DNA from: a virus
Virus record (IMG/VR): IMGVR_UViG_3300025674_000016
Coordinates: 32,001-96,000 of that record
DNA length: 64,000 bases
Direction: 5' to 3' (one strand)
Of this stretch, positions 9,325 through 19,279 are shown one piece after another (the first letter of the stretch is position 1; each line of letters begins with the position of its first letter). A program made the position numbers and the translations under genes. The notes under the pieces were generated by a model. That model made no database searches. It saw only the letters and a program-made list of their open reading frames with translations, and was not told the DNA's origin.

Positions 9325-12300
9325 ATGAGCAACTTTGACCTACTAGAAAATGGTGTAGATAGACCCACAGAGAGACCCTCAGAAAGGTACGATAGACCAC
9401 CGAGTGCAGAATCCTATAGAAATACTGAAGCAACCCATTTTGTTCACTTTGTTTGGGATGAAAATTGGGATGAAGAAAATTGGCAATCTTCTTCACATTT
9501 AGTGAGAAGAGATTTATCGGGCACCGATTGGGATATAGTTACAAAAGATTGCGCTATTTTATATAGTGATCTTCCAAACTTGGAAAGCTCTACAGTTGTT
9601 GCTAGACTATCCCACAAATCTTTAGTTAATGTTATTAGAGAAAGGGTTGGTCCGAGCGGACTATATCATTATGTTAGAGTGACGAATACAAACCCATCTG
9701 TAGATGGCCTTGAGGGATATATAAACTATGAGCATTTAACAAAGTTGCCGGGAATTGCCCCTTCTCTACCAGTTACATTTCGATGCATAAAACAACACGA
9801 TAAAAATAGAGATTTTTGCTCGATAACCTCTACAAATTGGCATTCAACAACAGAGCCATATTTAGATACTTTTGATTGTAACTACAAAATAAATGTTGTA
9901 ACTGGCTATTCCGACACTGGAGACGGCTCTCTAAAACAAAGAATGCAAGAGCAGATACCTAGAGGAGTTCAAGAGTTATTAGTTTATTATGATAAAGAAA
10001 GATCACCAGAGCAACTACAAAGACTATTGGGCGCATTTAGATTTGCGGAAGCTACTAGTTGGAACTTAGATCTACAAGATCAAGGTTCAAGATTGAAAGT
10101 TCTTGTAACTGTACCTGCAAGATATTTTGATGCAATACCAGACGCCTCATCAAAACTATCGTCAGTTGGAGATGGGGTTGTGAGATCTGCAACTCTGGAG
10201 TCCTCCAACATAGATAGAAGAATAGAAAGACTAGCTAAGAAAATGAGATCTTGGCATAGATCTTCAAGTTGGGAAAAGTCCAAAAGCCTGTACAGTGGCC
10301 CAGAGCCCTTCTATAAAGAATACAGTTTTTCTGAAGAAGCATCTAGGCTAGAAGCGTTTTTATCTGGCTTGAGAAGGCTATTAGCTCTAAACAGAAAAAG
10401 TATAAGAGCCAGATCAAACGATACAATAGAAATTGGTATGGATGCAGAGTATAAGCTATCTTATGTGTTGGTCAACGATGATAGTGGCACTCATAGAATG
10501 AAAATTGGCATTAACAAGCTAAAACAAATGGAGCCATTCAACCACCAAAGAACAATGGCTTATATTTTTTATCTTTATGAAATTTCTAATGAATTTAAAA
10601 GATCTAACGGTATTAAAGGAGGTTGGCCAGTATTTCTAAAGAAGTACACCTTCCCACCACCCAACCAACAACCAGCCTCTAAGAAGAAAAAATGTAAACC
10701 AACAATTAAAGATCCTTTCAAGTGTATGCCAAAAGAGTTTCAGGACTTTGCAAAAGGGCACCTTAATAATGTTAAGTGTGAAGATCTACCAGCAGAGATG
10801 AGAACCACCCCAATGAACTTGGGCTCCTCTGAAATAAATATGTTTTATGAAGCTCTAGAGAGTGGAGAGTGGAGCAATTACGAAGATAGGTTTGCCAAAG
10901 TTAGAACGCAAGCAGAAAATATAATTTCTAAAAAATCAATAAAAGAATTTAAAGAACAAATAAGAAGAGAAAACCAACAATTTGATGGAAGTTATGATTT
11001 TGTTGGTGATCCCTTTGTTGAAAGCCTAGACAAGCGCCTGCAAAAATATGGATCAGAAGAGTACGCTGAGGAATTTGAAAATAAATTATTTGACAAGTTT
11101 ATGAAAGATGTTGTCGTTAAGGTGGATATAAAAGGCGCCATCTCAACTCTCCATCAATGTCTTTGTGATGAATTGCAAAGACAAGTTGATATTCTAATAA
11201 ATAATTTACAAGACAGAGATCACCCAGCCGTTAGAGCAGCAGAGCTTACTGCAAGTGCTGCTGGGTGTGGCAATCCCTGTCAAGTCTTGCCGATTCTTTG
11301 CAGTTGTCTGCCAATACCTTGGCCCTTGAAGTTTGATTTACCGGCAAAATTCTCCATACCAGATATCATGAGATATCTGACCGCTGCAATTATTGATGCA
11401 ATTATATCAGCAGCGTTTAAGTTTTTGCTTGATTTGATAAAAGCAATTATCTCTGAAACTATTAAATGTGATAGATCTTCTGATGTTTCAAGAGACTTCA
11501 AAAAGCAATTTGAATTAAATTATCCTTTTGCTGAAACAAACTTTTCAAAAGAAGAAATAGAAGACACGCTATCAAAAAATGAAATGCCCAGCGAGCTTGT
11601 GGATATAGATAAAATAAATTCTCTTATAACTGAGACTGTTTTATTGTTGACGCCTCGTGAATTTTGTAACTTGATCTCTGGAGAACCTTCTTTGTCTGCA
11701 ATCGAAGCAGTATCATTTTTAATAAATGAGAGATACCCAGACTTTAAAGAAAATTTCTCAACTCATGAAAAAATAAAAACTCTATATTCTTCTATAGGGG
11801 ACATGATAGACCCAGATATTTGTAGAAACTTAGATCAAATACTGGATTCTGTTCCAATAGAGCCGGGAAACTATATTTGTGATGAAACTAATTTAAGAAG
11901 CGATATTGCCTCTGGCAAAGCTACTCGTGAACAAATTGGAGAAATCATGATAGAGGCTTCAAAATGCTCTAGCGAGAAATTGGAAACAATAACTAATCTA
12001 ACTAGAGATTTGGTAGCTGGCAATAGCATTATGGGTGCCTTAATGCCAGAGCTTATAAAGACACCAGCAAACCCAGGAGGAATAATACCAAGAGATCCTC
12101 CCCCTGTTTTATACATGACCAATCTTGCTAATGACTCAATTTTTAAAGGAGTTGAGAGAAGATTTTACACAGAAATGAATAGTCATGTCCCCACTCTTAT
12201 CACCACAAAGCAGATTCCTAGGGGGACCGGTGAGGGGTTTGTGAAATTTTTTGAAGACAACGGTTTCGCAGGGGAAGGTGACGCAGATCTGCAAAAGAGT

Positions 12301-15300
12301 CTTGGAAAAACAATTGCAGACGGGCTTGGAGAGATATTGACATACGAAGCGGTACGCCGGGAGGATTATGTTGATACATTAAATTTAGCTTCTCTAGACA
12401 TTCCAAGTAGATCAATATATCCAAGTGTAACCTCTGAGCAAAACTTCTCTCTTGGAGATAATCTATATGAATTGTTTCCAATACCCGGATTTAGCAACGG
12501 CTCTATAAATCAAGACCTCAGTCCACCAATAAGACAAGAAAGCTTGAGAGTGGAATACAATATCTGTGGAGAGACCGTTTCATCAGTTAACTTTAGCAGT
12601 ATAAGAGATGCCTATTCCGTTAGGATACAAGATACGCAGGATGCTACAAGAGGGCCATTGGACCTGATGACTTTCGATGGCAAGAAAAAGATAAAAGATA
12701 ATATCTTAGCACTTTACGAAGATTTTATAACTAGTGGAGAATACTCTCCCTCAAGAGAGTTACTATCGGTTATTTTATCTAATAAGTGGGCTTCTTTATC
12801 TGGGGCACCGGATAGCCTAAAAGACAAGCTCAAAGATCCAACATATGGTCTGAATAAGTTTCATGCAAATACCTTGTTTCAATTCGAAACAAATAAAATT
12901 TTATCTAGATTGGCAAAGATTTTCTCCAAATCTAGATTACTAGACTCTAGAAGAGTTGACTTTTTGCCGTTGCTGGGTAATGCAACAACTTTTGATGAAG
13001 CATTTGAAAACCTTAGATCAATAAGATTTAGCCCTGATCTAGATTGTGAAATAAAAGAACCTGGGCTTTTAAATCTTGATGACGTTATGTCTAAAGTCTT
13101 TAACTATTACAATAACGATCTACAGCAAGACCCTTCCATAAGATATGTCAACTCTTCAAACTACGGAGTGATCATGCTAATAGTCAGGGTTATCTGCATA
13201 CATGAAATATTAAATTCTGTATTTACTTTTGCACAATTTAGAGCCGAGAACATTTTAGAATCTGAATTGATGGTTCATTATTTACTTTCTAAATTTAGAA
13301 AAGAAATAGCAACTCAAACTTTTGTAAATCATCCAAATTTTTATGAAGAATTGAGATCTACTATTGGTGTTCTAATTGCACAAAGAAAATTTGTCGAGAA
13401 AGAAGACTTTGCTGATCCCTTTACCAATGAGCCTGTCGATGTAAGACTAGACCCTAGGTATGTTATGGAGCTAGTCCAATCAACTCAGCACGACCCAACA
13501 GGACTAATAGAAACTATTGACCTAGAGGAGCTTGATGGCGGTGAATTAGATTACAATCCTAATGGCTTAGATAGTGTTTTAAATTGCTATATTGCTGGGG
13601 TTGATCAACGGGAAGAGTCCGTTAATGAGTGCGTTCCACAAACAGAATCCGACGCTCTTAATGAAACATCAGACGGGACGCCAGTAAATTCAGGTAACGA
13701 GGAAATCTTAAACGATACAAGTGTCGCACAGCAAGACATGAGAGGCGGTAAAACTCCCGTAGGGTTTATGGAGTTCTTTGTAAAAGAACAACTTAAAGCA
13801 ATTTCTGGTGAGTTGGAAGTTTTATTGGGGACCGAAATAAATGATATTGATCAATATATGATTAATGGAATATCACGAACGACAGACGTGCAGTCTTTTT
13901 ATGCTGGCGATGGCTTCGATCCAAGACCACAAAACAGGCTATTTTTACAAAGTTCTAGAAGGGAAGGATCAATTAGTTTAGCCGCTGTTGCAGAATCAGA
14001 GCTTAGAGAAATATACGAGGTGTATAAGCTTTATCTGGAAACAGGCTCTTATGATACTAATTTTTTCTCTAGATTGTCAAGAATGCATCGTCGAGGTGAA
14101 ATTTCTGATCAGGTATACGAAAGATATATGTCACCTAGAAACATCACTGTAGAAAATAGAAATAGAAATATCATTAGGGACTTTGCGACCGGCGCGGCTG
14201 TCGGTGCTAGAGCGGGCGCGGTGACGGTGGGCGGAGCATTGGTCGGAGCATTCGTTGGGGGGTTTGTAGGTGCTTCAAGAGGAGAGCGGAGGAGAGATAG
14301 GGATAGAAGACAAGAATATTTCCAAGACAGGGACGAAGTGTTCGCCCTTTTGATGGAAGACTTGCAATCTTTATTTGTGCCCACTAGTCAACAAAGGATA
14401 TTGAATAATAAATTTGATTATTTACAAAATGGTGGCTTTATAACCGAAAGGTATGTAAGGGTGCGAGATTTAAGCGAACAAGAGTGGAATGAGTTAATAG
14501 ATAATCCAAACACCCCAGAGACAAAAGAAATAAAACAACTTTTGAAAGAAAAAATACTTGGTAGGCATGGAACTCTAAAAGGGGTTGTTTCTTTGCAGGA
14601 CTGGTATCGATTCAATTCGGACCTTGCAGACTTTCTTGTCAATCAGACAATAAGCCCTTATGACAATATTCGGACAATAAACCCTCGCGTCGCCGCAGTA
14701 ATCCTTAGAAAAGTCAACACTTGGTATAAAAGCGTAAAGTTTGGCAAAAGAATGTGTTATGTCTACCCTCTTCTTGAAGGTCTGAGTGGGGATGGCGATC
14801 AAGTCCAGTATCTACCGCAATTAAAAGAAGCAATAAATACCCTGCAAAGAGATATGCTTAAGCCAGAATTTTTTGACCAAGCAAGAAGAGAAAAAACTTT
14901 TATTTCCTTTGAGAGTGTTCAGACAGATTTTAGCGTGACAAACATCACAGAAACAGGAGACAGTATAGGTAAAGAACTCTCTGTTGCTAGGGATTATATA
15001 ATTTTTACAGTACCAGTTGTTAGTGCCGAGATGGAATTAACACTAGACTCCTTTAGAGGTTCTGGATTTGATTCTTCTGATTATGATTCATTTAACATTT
15101 ATGATCCATTTAACAATATGGACCATAATCCATATGTAAAAATGTATGAAGATCTATTTGAAATCAACTTGACAAATCAAATACTCAACAAAGATGAATA
15201 CAAAGCAATATTTGACTATATATTCCCTCTAGATAGATTTGTTTCTTTATTAACTATTTATACTGCTGAGTATGTTGCTGGTTTGCCAGGCAGAAAAGAA

Positions 15301-15594
15301 CTATTTGATGGAACTAAAGAGTTACTATACAACATGTACGAGGCTTTAAGAAAGTCTCTAAGTGAGGAATGGTGGCACAAAGAAGAGCGTAGATTTAAAA
15401 AATGGGAGAAACCACTAGATTTATCGGTCCCCGGTATTCTATTCATGACTCCTTGGAAAATTCTACAAGCACTCTTAACTCTTGTTCCTCCGTTAGATTG
15501 GTTCTTGGGCAAACTGAAAGACAGAATCCCAGCACTACCGCCTTACAGAAGGGGCAAAGAGGAGCCGTGCCCAGAAGATAGGGCAGAAAGATGA
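9325..15594 (+). CDS. giant (2089 aa) probable virion protein with SH3-like N-terminal domain, hydrophobic helices and a glycine zipper
   Basis: Long ORF between spike and gp25; YHYVRV...LEGYINYEHL is SH3b-like; GAAVGARAGAVTVGGALVGAFVGGFVG. Confidence 0.6.
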   Translation: MSNFDLLENGVDRPTERPSERYDRPPSAESYRNTEATHFVHFVWDENWDEENWQSSSHLVRRDLSGTDWDIVTKDCAILYSDLPNLESSTVVARLSHKSLVNVIRERVGPSGLYHYVRVTNTNPSVDGLEGYINYEHLTKLPGIAPSLPVTFRCIKQHDKNRDFCSITSTNWHSTTEPYLDTFDCNYKINVVTGYSDTGDGSLKQRMQEQIPRGVQELLVYYDKERSPEQLQRLLGAFRFAEATSWNLDLQDQGSRLKVLVTVPARYFDAIPDASSKLSSVGDGVVRSATLESSNIDRRIERLAKKMRSWHRSSSWEKSKSLYSGPEPFYKEYSFSEEASRLEAFLSGLRRLLALNRKSIRARSNDTIEIGMDAEYKLSYVLVNDDSGTHRMKIGINKLKQMEPFNHQRTMAYIFYLYEISNEFKRSNGIKGGWPVFLKKYTFPPPNQQPASKKKKCKPTIKDPFKCMPKEFQDFAKGHLNNVKCEDLPAEMRTTPMNLGSSEINMFYEALESGEWSNYEDRFAKVRTQAENIISKKSIKEFKEQIRRENQQFDGSYDFVGDPFVESLDKRLQKYGSEEYAEEFENKLFDKFMKDVVVKVDIKGAISTLHQCLCDELQRQVDILINNLQDRDHPAVRAAELTASAAGCGNPCQVLPILCSCLPIPWPLKFDLPAKFSIPDIMRYLTAAIIDAIISAAFKFLLDLIKAIISETIKCDRSSDVSRDFKKQFELNYPFAETNFSKEEIEDTLSKNEMPSELVDIDKINSLITETVLLLTPREFCNLISGEPSLSAIEAVSFLINERYPDFKENFSTHEKIKTLYSSIGDMIDPDICRNLDQILDSVPIEPGNYICDETNLRSDIASGKATREQIGEIMIEASKCSSEKLETITNLTRDLVAGNSIMGALMPELIKTPANPGGIIPRDPPPVLYMTNLANDSIFKGVERRFYTEMNSHVPTLITTKQIPRGTGEGFVKFFEDNGFAGEGDADLQKSLGKTIADGLGEILTYEAVRREDYVDTLNLASLDIPSRSIYPSVTSEQNFSLGDNLYELFPIPGFSNGSINQDLSPPIRQESLRVEYNICGETVSSVNFSSIRDAYSVRIQDTQDATRGPLDLMTFDGKKKIKDNILALYEDFITSGEYSPSRELLSVILSNKWASLSGAPDSLKDKLKDPTYGLNKFHANTLFQFETNKILSRLAKIFSKSRLLDSRRVDFLPLLGNATTFDEAFENLRSIRFSPDLDCEIKEPGLLNLDDVMSKVFNYYNNDLQQDPSIRYVNSSNYGVIMLIVRVICIHEILNSVFTFAQFRAENILESELMVHYLLSKFRKEIATQTFVNHPNFYEELRSTIGVLIAQRKFVEKEDFADPFTNEPVDVRLDPRYVMELVQSTQHDPTGLIETIDLEELDGGELDYNPNGLDSVLNCYIAGVDQREESVNECVPQTESDALNETSDGTPVNSGNEEILNDTSVAQQDMRGGKTPVGFMEFFVKEQLKAISGELEVLLGTEINDIDQYMINGISRTTDVQSFYAGDGFDPRPQNRLFLQSSRREGSISLAAVAESELREIYEVYKLYLETGSYDTNFFSRLSRMHRRGEISDQVYERYMSPRNITVENRNRNIIRDFATGAAVGARAGAVTVGGALVGAFVGGFVGASRGERRRDRDRRQEYFQDRDEVFALLMEDLQSLFVPTSQQRILNNKFDYLQNGGFITERYVRVRDLSEQEWNELIDNPNTPETKEIKQLLKEKILGRHGTLKGVVSLQDWYRFNSDLADFLVNQTISPYDNIRTINPRVAAVILRKVNTWYKSVKFGKRMCYVYPLLEGLSGDGDQVQYLPQLKEAINTLQRDMLKPEFFDQARREKTFISFESVQTDFSVTNITETGDSIGKELSVARDYIIFTVPVVSAEMELTLDSFRGSGFDSSDYDSFNIYDPFNNMDHNPYVKMYEDLFEINLTNQILNKDEYKAIFDYIFPLDRFVSLLTIYTAEYVAGLPGRKELFDGTKELLYNMYEALRKSLSEEWWHKEERRFKKWEKPLDLSVPGILFMTPWKILQALLTLVPPLDWFLGKLKDRIPALPPYRRGKEEPCPEDRAER

Positions 15595-15604
15595 GGGAAA
15601 CTAA

Positions 15605-15982
15605 ATGCCAGGTATATCTCCAAAACTACCATTAGTCAAAGATCCAGTTGATGGCTTTCTTCTTACCAAAAGTTATCGTGAGGCAATAAAACAAAATTTT
15701 AAAATGCTAATGTTGACTTCTCCCGGCGAAAGAATGATGGAACCAGATTTTGGAGTTGGGCTGAGAAGGTTCTTATTTGAACCTTTCGATAGTTTTGTTT
15801 TCGACGACATAGAAGAAAAGATTTATGAACAAGTTCAAGAGTATATGCCATTTATAGAAATTGTAAATATTGTTTTTAACGATCCACAAACAGAAGAATA
15901 TGAGAATCTTTTGGGGATTCAAATAGATTATTTCATAACTCCAATCGGAGAAATGGCTACATTAGACTTTTTCCCTAGTTAG
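15605..15982 (+). CDS. gp25: baseplate wedge subunit gp25-like (GPW/gp25)
   Basis: IKQNFKMLMLTSPGERMMEPDFGVGLRRFLFE. Confidence 0.9.
   Translation: MPGISPKLPLVKDPVDGFLLTKSYREAIKQNFKMLMLTSPGERMMEPDFGVGLRRFLFEPFDSFVFDDIEEKIYEQVQEYMPFIEIVNIVFNDPQTEEYENLLGIQIDYFITPIGEMATLDFFPS
15975..15981 (+). promoter_or_regulatory. putative late promoter element CTAGTTA
   Basis: CTAnTTA motif immediately upstream of the gp6 RBS/start. Confidence 0.35.
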
Positions 15983-15994
15983 TGAGGTTTTGAC

Positions 15995-17800
15995 ATGTCA
16001 GATAAACTAGTACCTATAGATTACACAAGTAGAGATTTCGCTTCAATAAAAGGGGATCTAGAAGAGTATGCTAGGAGATATTACCCCGACACCTTCAGAG
16101 ATTTCAGCGAAGCCAGCTTTGGCTCTTTAATGCTGGACACCGTAGCTTATGTCGGAGACATCTTATCTTTTTATTTGGATTTTCAAGTTAATGAATCCTT
16201 CTTACACACTTCAATACAATATGATAACATTGAAAGAATAGGCAGGCAACTTGGCTACAAATACAGGATGGCGCCTACGTCACATGGTATTTTAGCCCTA
16301 TACATAACAGTACCAGCAAATACGAACGGACTTGGACCAGATACTGATTATTTACCAATATTGAGATCGGGTGCTACTTTTTCTTCAACTAACGGCTTGT
16401 CTTATACGCTCATAAGCGAAGTTAATTTTGCAGATAGTAATAACGAAGTTGTTGTTGCCAATGTAGACCGAGAGACAGGCATACCTACTTCATACGCAGT
16501 TAGGGCTTATGGACAGATAATTTCCGGTATTAATAATAGCGTTTCTATTGAAACAGGAGGGTTTTCAAGATTTAAAAGAATACAAATCCCATCCAGAAAC
16601 ATATCAGAAATATTATCTGTCGTAGACTCCGAGGGCCATACATACTATGAGGTAGAGTATTTATCACAAAATACAGTATTCATAGAGACCCTTAATAGAG
16701 GCAGCGACAGAGAAACTGCAAAAACAATTTTAAAGCCAGTTATAGTCCCCAGAAGGTTTACCGTGGAGAGCACGCCTACTGGGGTTTACTTGCAATTTGG
16801 ATACGGATCAGAAGAAAACTTAAGTAGCAACCTTATCACAGATCCAAGTGACGTTCTTATGGATGTTCATGGAAAGAACTATACAGCAGATAGCTCCTTT
16901 GATCCAACGAGATTAACACAAACAGACAAATTTGGAATAGTACCAGTCAACACAACATTGGTTGTGACATTTAGATCTAACCCGTCTGTTATTGTAAATT
17001 CTGGGACAAATACGATCAATACTCCAACCTCATTTAATTTCGTCTTCCCTGCCTTGCAAGAGGGCAAATCACTTAGTGATGCCGAAATCAATTCAGTTAT
17101 TGATTCTCTAGAATGTACTAACCAAGAGCCCGTTGTTGGTGGAACTTCGACACCTTCGTCTACAGAGTTGAAACATAGAATCTTTGCACATCATGCTGCG
17201 CAAAACAGAGCCGTTACAAGGAACGACTATAAAAGCATGATCTATAGCATGCCAAGCGGTCTTGGATCGATCAAGAGAGTTAATATCGTACAAGACACAG
17301 ATAGCTTTAAAAGGAACTTAAATATTTATGTTTTATCGGAAGATTCGGTCGGCAACTTTATAAGATCAAATACGACCATAAAGGCTAACTTAAAAAATTG
17401 GATCAATAGATATAAAATGATTAATGATACGGTTGATATTCTTGATGCGTACATTGTCAATATAGGGATAGAATATACAGCCGTCGCAATGAGAGGTGCA
17501 AATAGATTTGATTTAGTTGAAACTGCAAACGCAATACTTAGAGAAAGAATTGCTAGAAGAAAGATGGATATTGGAGAAAGGTTTTATATTTCCGATGTAT
17601 ATGATATTCTTAAATTTGTCCCCGGCTTGTCTGATGTTGTGGATGTTACAATAACAAGAAATGTTGGAGGAAGATATTCTGATACAACTTTCTTTTTAGA
17701 TGAGTTTATAGACCCAGACGGAAAATACATTGATATTCCAGAGAACGTAATTTTAGAAATTAAATTTCCAAACGCAGATATAAAAGGAACTATAAGATAA
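15995..17800 (+). CDS. gp6: baseplate wedge subunit gp6-like
   Basis: DYTSRDFASIK..., DFSEASFGSLMLD..AYVGDILSFYLD, QNRAVTRNDY. Confidence 0.88.
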   Translation: MSDKLVPIDYTSRDFASIKGDLEEYARRYYPDTFRDFSEASFGSLMLDTVAYVGDILSFYLDFQVNESFLHTSIQYDNIERIGRQLGYKYRMAPTSHGILALYITVPANTNGLGPDTDYLPILRSGATFSSTNGLSYTLISEVNFADSNNEVVVANVDRETGIPTSYAVRAYGQIISGINNSVSIETGGFSRFKRIQIPSRNISEILSVVDSEGHTYYEVEYLSQNTVFIETLNRGSDRETAKTILKPVIVPRRFTVESTPTGVYLQFGYGSEENLSSNLITDPSDVLMDVHGKNYTADSSFDPTRLTQTDKFGIVPVNTTLVVTFRSNPSVIVNSGTNTINTPTSFNFVFPALQEGKSLSDAEINSVIDSLECTNQEPVVGGTSTPSSTELKHRIFAHHAAQNRAVTRNDYKSMIYSMPSGLGSIKRVNIVQDTDSFKRNLNIYVLSEDSVGNFIRSNTTIKANLKNWINRYKMINDTVDILDAYIVNIGIEYTAVAMRGANRFDLVETANAILRERIARRKMDIGERFYISDVYDILKFVPGLSDVVDVTITRNVGGRYSDTTFFLDEFIDPDGKYIDIPENVILEIKFPNADIKGTIR

Positions 17801-19278
17801 TGGCAATCAAGAGATACCTCGCATCTAAAGACAACACTATAACAAATGCATTTAAATCCAGCCTCATACTTAGAGGAACGGGTTCAAATATGGGCCTTTC
17901 TGATGTTTCAGAGGTATTCTCTATTTACGGTCAGCAAAGCACTTCATCAATTGAAAAGTCTAGAATCTTAACAGAATGGGATATTAGCACTATCCAGTCA
18001 GATAGAGATGCGGGAGATATCCCGGCTAGTGGAAGTGTGAATTTCTTTCTAAATTTATATAACGCAAAACACTCTTTTACTTTGCCGAGAGAATTCACTT
18101 TGGTGGTTCACCCAATCTCAAGATCTTGGGATGAGGGAAGAGGTCTTGATATGGATGAGTATTCCGATCTGGGCTATTCAAACTGGATTGTCGCCTCTAG
18201 CTCTTCTTCTGGTCTAGTAAACTGGACTACTGAAGGCGGAGATTTTCACACTTTGCCTTATACGCCCGGTGCAACCTTGCCTTCATTTTCACAACATTTT
18301 GAAAAAGGCACAGAAGATTTGAGCATAGACGTAACTTCTCTAGTGGAAGAGTGGCTGGATGGCACAACCGATGAAGCTAGGAAGAACTATGGAGTTGGCG
18401 TTTTCCTAACAAGCAGTCAAGAGAATGGGTCCGAGAAACAAAGTTTTTATACTAAGAAATTTTTTGCTAGGGGAACTGAGTTTTTTTATAAGAGGCCGAT
18501 CATTGAAGCGAGATGGGATGATTCTAAGAAAGATAATGCAGGCAATTTCTTTTTAAGCAGTTCTCTAGCCGACGCTAGTGATAATTTAAATACTTTATTT
18601 TTATATAATTTTGTAAGAGGTCAATTAAAAGACATCCCAAGTGTCGGTTCTGGAGATATCTTTTTAAGTGTCTATTCAACTCTGGGTGGAGATAAAATAA
18701 CTCTACCAGTTGGATCGGGTGTTGTTTCCAATAACGATGTTAATGTCACAGGAAGCAGAGTCGAGGCTGGAATATATTCCGCTAAGTTTGCCTATACTGG
18801 ATCTGCAACAACAATCTACCCAGTATGGCATGACGGAACAACAGAGTTTTTCACAGGATCAGCGATATCAGTAAATAGCTTGTCTTCACTTAGCTACAAT
18901 CCTAATCCCAAGTATGTTTCAAATATAACTAATTTAAAGGCAATCTATGATACAGACGAGAATGCTCGTTTTAGATTGTACATCAGACAAAAAGATTGGA
19001 GTCCAACTATTTATACAAAGGCAACAGAGAATATTGAGACCGAAATAGTTGAAGACGCTTATTATAAAATATTTAGAATAATTGATGAGTTAGATGTGAT
19101 ACCATATGGCACAGGAAGTTTAAATCACACAAGATTGTCATATGACGTGTCAGGAAGTTATTTCGATCTAGATATGAGTCTCTTGGAGCCTGAGTATGCA
19201 TATGGAATTAAGTTTGTTTACTTTGTAAATGGTGCGTATCACGAGCAAAAAGAGCTATTCAAATTTAGAGTAGAATAA
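17800..19278 (+). CDS. virion structural protein (baseplate-associated)
   Basis: Coupled to gp6; beta-rich, HPISRSWDEG.G, WTTEGGDF, IDVTSLVEEWL. Confidence 0.6.
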   Translation: MAIKRYLASKDNTITNAFKSSLILRGTGSNMGLSDVSEVFSIYGQQSTSSIEKSRILTEWDISTIQSDRDAGDIPASGSVNFFLNLYNAKHSFTLPREFTLVVHPISRSWDEGRGLDMDEYSDLGYSNWIVASSSSSGLVNWTTEGGDFHTLPYTPGATLPSFSQHFEKGTEDLSIDVTSLVEEWLDGTTDEARKNYGVGVFLTSSQENGSEKQSFYTKKFFARGTEFFYKRPIIEARWDDSKKDNAGNFFLSSSLADASDNLNTLFLYNFVRGQLKDIPSVGSGDIFLSVYSTLGGDKITLPVGSGVVSNNDVNVTGSRVEAGIYSAKFAYTGSATTIYPVWHDGTTEFFTGSAISVNSLSSLSYNPNPKYVSNITNLKAIYDTDENARFRLYIRQKDWSPTIYTKATENIETEIVEDAYYKIFRIIDELDVIPYGTGSLNHTRLSYDVSGSYFDLDMSLLEPEYAYGIKFVYFVNGAYHEQKELFKFRVE

Positions 19279-19279
19279 C

